Below are positions 59,473-64,000 of a stretch of DNA of 64,000 nucleotides, piece after piece. Numbering within the stretch: the first letter of the stretch is position 1; each line of letters starts with the position of its first letter. The notes under the pieces are model-generated. The model did not search any database and was not told where the DNA came from. It was given only the letters and a program-made list of their open reading frames with translations. A program made the position numbers and the translations under genes. The DNA is from Octopus vulgaris. Its lineage: Eukaryota. The stretch covers positions 84,444,001 to 84,508,000 of the forward strand of contig OX597823.1 in NCBI GenBank assembly GCA_951406725.2, written 5' to 3'.

Positions 59473-60036
59473 GTAGAGAGACAGAGGGAGAGAGAATAAG
59501 AAATTGATAAACAGATGCATAGAATGAGGGAATGAGAGGAAGACAGAGTGAGAAAGATATATACAAAGATAGATAAATGGTGAGGGAGAGAGAGAGAGTG
59601 GGAGAGAGCGAAAGAGTAGAGGAGAGAGTGAAAGTGAATCAGAGATAGATAGACAGATATATATAGACATGGAATGAAAGAGAGGCGGATGCTGCTAACA
59701 CACTGGCCCGAGATACCTTGTCGGTTATCGTCAGTGTGTGTGTATGAGTGTATGTTTGTATGTGTGTATGTGTGTGTGTGTGTGTGTGTGAGTCAGTATG
59801 TGTGTGTGTATGTGTGTGTGATCGAGTGTGCACGCGATTTGTACATAATATTTAGCCGTCCGTGAGCTTTTATCTGTACAATAAATGCTGGAGTAAGCTT
59901 CTCTTCTTCTTGAGCGCGTACATACATACATGCATACATACATACATACATACATACATACATACATACATACATACACAAACACACACACACGCACACA
60001 CACACATATACACACAAACATACAAAATTTCCCCAA

Positions 60037-60082
60037 GACACCCGATGAAGGCTGGAGGGTATATCAGCAGAAACATTGAGTT
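60037..60082 (+). ncRNA. Degenerate HHR-like motif (family H4)
   Basis: gacac-CCGATGA-ag-gctg-gagggtatat-cagc-a-GAAA-ca-TT-gagtt. Confidence 0.45.
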
Positions 60083-60189
60083 AACAAGAAAAAGGATGAG
60101 GACAAATATCCGTCAAATATAAATAATGTAAATAATGTACATACTTCCTCATCTCTTAAATATACAACAGGAATAAATATGCATGTTCT

Positions 60190-61130
60190 ATCATTTGTTT
60201 CCGTCATTTGACTGCGGCCATGTTGGAGCACCGTCTTTAGTCGAACAAATCGACCCAGGACTTATTCTCTGTAAGCCTAGTACTTATTCTACGGTTTCTT
60301 ATGCCTAACCGCTAAGTTACGGGGACACACCAACATCGGTTGATAGGCAATGTGAAAGGGGACAGTGATACACAAGCATATACATATACATGCTCTCCGG
60401 TTATCTATCTGAGGCTTTATATAGCTATGGTACGACCTCACCTGGAATTTGCATCACCGGTCTGGAACCCCTATCTTGCCCAGGATATTAATCGTCTGGA
60501 AGCCGTTCAGCGACGTGCAGCCAAGAGAATACCCTCCATCAGGCATTTGCCATATTCTGAACGTCTTACTTCCCTGGGCATGGACACATTGAAACTCCGA
60601 CGTCTGGCACCCATAAAATTATTATCCATCTTACAGACAATAACTCTGAACACCTTTTCAAACTCCACCTGTCTAACACCCATGGATATGTTTACAAAGT
60701 CAGAAAACAGCACAGCTCCCATGACTTTCGGAAACATTTTTTCACGCTAAGAGTTGCTGAAGCATGGAACAGACTGCCGGCATCAGTTGTTAATTGTCGG
60801 AGCACTGCATTCTTCAAAACTTCCATGCTTCCTGAGATACGCCAACACTACACCTTTCGCTTTCCAGACATTTGTACATTACTGCATATACTTTATACGC
60901 ACTTTTTGACAAGTTGTGGTGAACCTGAGCACTGTATACAATAATTTCATTATTATATATATACGACCGGCTTCTTTCATTTTCCGTCTACCAAATCCAC
61001 TCACAAGGCTTTGGTTGGCCCGAGGCTACAGTAGAAGACACTTGCCCAAGGTGCCACGCAGTGGGACTGAACCGGGGACCATGTAGTTGGTAAGCAAGCT
61101 ACTTACCATATAGCCACTCCTGCACCTATA
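60190..61130 (-). mobile_element. SINE family B split by a CR1-like LINE
   Basis: 3' half at 60190-60385, 5' half at 60960-61130. Confidence 0.85.
60392..60956 (+). mobile_element. 5'-truncated CR1-like LINE
   Basis: LYIAMVRPHLEFASPVWNPYLAQDINRLEAVQRRAAKRIP...YSERLTSLGMDTLKLRRL; FFTLRVAEAWNRLP; (ATT)n tail. Confidence 0.88.
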
Positions 61131-61149
61131 ACATAATATATACAATGTA

Positions 61150-61392
61150 TATTTTGTTTTTGTATTTCATTTGCAAGATTCTTTATGTGAAATCGTGTGT
61201 TGAAGCATATTTTATTGTGTCTGGGGAGAGTTACTTTGTTTTAGTGCCTTATTATCTAACACATTCGCTGGTTCGATTTCAACTCATTTACTTATTTAGT
61301 TTTTCTATAAATAAGCGGAAATCGAACCGGCGCGTGTGTTAAGTATTAAGGCACTAAAAGTGAATGACTCTCCCCAGACACAATAAAATATA
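61150..61392. repeat. Fold-back element (same family as 25120-25392)
   Basis: ttattgtgtctggggagagt / actctccccagacacaataa. Confidence 0.8.
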
Positions 61393-61406
61393 ATATGTGC
61401 GTGTGT

Positions 61407-61450
<44 letters not shown>

Positions 61451-61798
61451 GTAAGTAGATCGATAGATAGACAGATTTCACAGATTACAGATCTTCTTAT
61501 GTATTGTGTATTCGTGACAAGTATATATGAAAGACTGCACTTCCTTGCAAATCTGGCGACCACTACAAGCTATACATACATACATACATACATACATACA
61601 TACATACATACATACATACATACATACATACATACATAAATACATACAGACAGAAATGTACATACATACATGCATGTCTGAGTATATATATGTTGTTCAC
61701 ACACCTGTCTTCGTTTGTTTTTCTGTAAATTTCAACTATATATATGTGTGTGTGTGTGTGGGTGTGTATATGTATATGTATATGTATGTATGTATGTA

Positions 61799-61830
<32 letters not shown>

Positions 61831-61862
61831 CTTTATTTAAAGCAGCAGAAAATTCAACAAAA

Positions 61863-61903
61863 CCTGTTACTCTGAGTTTCCCGTTGCCGTTCGTCGGACA
61901 AAA
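61863..61903 (-). ncRNA. HHR-like motif with CCGACGA core (family H2)
   Basis: Minus: ttttgt-CCGACGA-a-cg-gcaa-cg-g-GAAA-ctc-a-gag-TA-acagg. Confidence 0.6.
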
Positions 61904-62144
61904 CTGTGCGCGCGCATGTGTGTGTGTGTACTTATGTGTTTGTGTGTGTGTGTGTTTGTACTTATGTGTGTGTATGTGTGTGTGTGTACTTGTGTGTTTC
62001 CTTGTTTGTGTACTTGCGTATGTATGTAATTTATGTGTGTTTGTGTGCGTGCAAGTACTTTGTATGTATGTTCTCGTGTGTGCGTGTTCTTGTGTGTGCA
62101 CATTTGTGCTCGCAGTTGCGTGTGTGTGCGTATGTGTGTGCAGC

Positions 62145-62321
62145 CAGTGTCGTCTTAAGGCCAGTGGTGTTTTAAGGCCTGGGCACCCAGGGCAGTGGGC
62201 CTCACAGATCTCGGGGCCCAGTCCTGATCTATGTATGCTGTGGATTGTTGTGATTATATAAATACTACAATCCCAGAGCATCAATTTACACAGGGGCCTA
62301 TAATGCTGTTCAATCAGCCCT
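62145..62321. mobile_element. Diverged hAT-like MITE
   Basis: cagtgtcgtcttaagg start, gggccc motifs, caatcagccct end; the TIR match is weak. Confidence 0.4.
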
Positions 62322-62574
62322 TTTTGTAGCTACGAAGTGTGCGCATATATTTCTTTATCTTGTACTTTCTTTAGTCATTCGGTTGCGGCCATGCTGAGGC
62401 ACCACCTTGAAGGATTTAGTTAAACAAATCGACCCTAGTAATTATATTTTAAAAGGGCCTGATACTTATTCTATCAGTGTATTTTACCGAACCGCTAGGT
62501 TACGGGGATGGAGATAAACAAAATCTAACGCAAAGACACACATACCTAAATACACAACACATACCTAAATACAC

Positions 62575-62634
<60 letters not shown>

Positions 62635-62710
62635 CGGGCGCGCACACACACACACACACACACATACGCAAACGCGCACGCACATGTATATATATATTCA
62701 TGCATATGGT

Positions 62711-63025
62711 GAAGGCACGTAGCTTAGTGATTAGGGTATTCAGCTCAAGATCGTACGTCGTGAGTTCAATTTCTGGCGGTGCGTCGCGTCCTTAAGCAAG
62801 ACACATTATTTCACCTTGCTTCAAGCCACTCAGCTGGCAAAAATGAGTAGTACCTGTAAATCAAAGGAAAGAGCCTTATCGCATTCGGTGTCTCGTTGAA
62901 TCTCCTTCAGAACTACGCTACATTAAGGGTGGCTTGGCATGTCCGTGAAGAACTAAGCCACTTGCACTTTAATTTCATGAGAAGGTTGCTACGTTGATCG
63001 AATCAACAAGAGCATTCGTCATCTT
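62711..63025 (+). mobile_element. SINE family D
   Basis: gaaggcacgtagcttagtgattagggtattc...gtgagttcaatt...cactcagctggcaaaaatgagtagtacc. Confidence 0.8.
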
Positions 63026-63092
63026 AACATATATATATATAAGTATGTATGTATGTATGTATGTATATATATACATATATATATATATATAT

Positions 63093-63216
63093 ACCGGAGT
63101 AAACACATAAATGTGAAACAAGGTGGAAAAAAGAGTACTCAGTGGTAGAGTAATATGCTTTATTTAAAGCAGCAGAAAATTCAACAATTGTTGAATTTTC
63201 TGCTGCGTTAAATAAA

Positions 63217-63218
<2 letters not shown>
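63093..63218. repeat. Family H2 element collapsed to a near-perfect 60-bp palindrome
   Basis: ctttatttaaagcagcagaaaattcaacaa|ttgttgaattttctgctgcgttaaataaag. Confidence 0.8.
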
Positions 63219-63254
<36 letters not shown>

Positions 63255-63875
63255 CATACATATAAGAGGGAAGGGTATGTAATATAATTTTTCTGAATAT
63301 TCAGATTTTTCTATATGCTCGACCACTAGTTTTAAATTGATATTAATCAAATTAATATTCAATTTTTTACCCTTGTTATTTAAAATGTTATATATATACA
63401 TATATATATATATATGGAGGTTATGAGAGGTAATGGTGTCAGTGAGACCCAAAGGTGTCAGGTAATACTGGGTAAGTACTATGGATAGACCATAGTTTTA
63501 AGCTCCAGGTTCAGTGATTATGCGAATATGGGGTCCAACGTATATCATATATCAGCGTGTGTATAAATAAATAACTTTTTTCAGAAATGAGATAAAGAAA
63601 AACCCAAGCCTGTGGAGATTTTAGAACATTTATAAATAGAAGGTCTTACAGCTGTTTCCAACATTGAACGAAGTTTATCCCTCTCTATTTTACCAAGGTC
63701 GTTCTTAACCGTGGTGCCTATGGCCTTTGGAGGCGCTCCTTATAAGATTTTGTTAAAATTTATCTGCGATAAATTGATTTTACTTCTGAGAATTCACTAA
63801 AGTGTTTAACAGTTTTTTATACAACTCCTCAAAATATTTCATTCTAAAAATACAATATGAGTTTTTTAGACATCA

Positions 63876-64000
63876 AATGTCTAGGAAGATCCGCCCAAGA
63901 AATATCTAGAAAGATCCGTCCATGAAATGTCTAAGAAGATCCGTCCGAGAAAAGTCGAGGAAGATCTGTCCAAGAAATGTCTAAGAAGATCCGTCCAAGA
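63876..64000. repeat. 25-bp tandem minisatellite, at least 5 copies, runs off the window
   Basis: Unit aatgtctaagaagatccgtccaaga. Confidence 0.9.

Noticed and set aside
63876-64000. CRISPR-like repeat
   Set aside because: Contiguous tandem units with no unique spacers; eukaryotic context; no cas genes.

Overview
Repeat-dominated, AT-rich animal genomic DNA, most likely intergenic or intronic. The SINE families and extreme microsatellite load point to Octopus; this is inferred from recognising the repeats, not from a database search. I found no credible host protein-coding exon, and almost all listed ORFs are translated microsatellites. The real coding remnants are 5'-truncated LINEs (RTE, two CR1/L2-group families, Tx1/L1-like, R4/Dong-like). 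The window also holds about five tRNA-derived SINE families with shuffled heads and tails, a complete non-autonomous Helitron, hAT and mariner MITEs, and several fold-back elements. The most notable signal is at least a dozen minimal type I hammerhead-ribozyme (HHR) motifs from several unrelated short non-coding elements, probably Penelope-derived or retrozyme-like. Two fold cleanly with a canonical core, and others carry recurrent non-canonical cores (CCGAYGA, CUGURGA). Also notable are a Tx1-like LINE apparently targeting (GATA)n, a Dong-like LINE and an ORF-less element in (TAA)n, and a LINE whose 3' tail matches the most abundant SINE.
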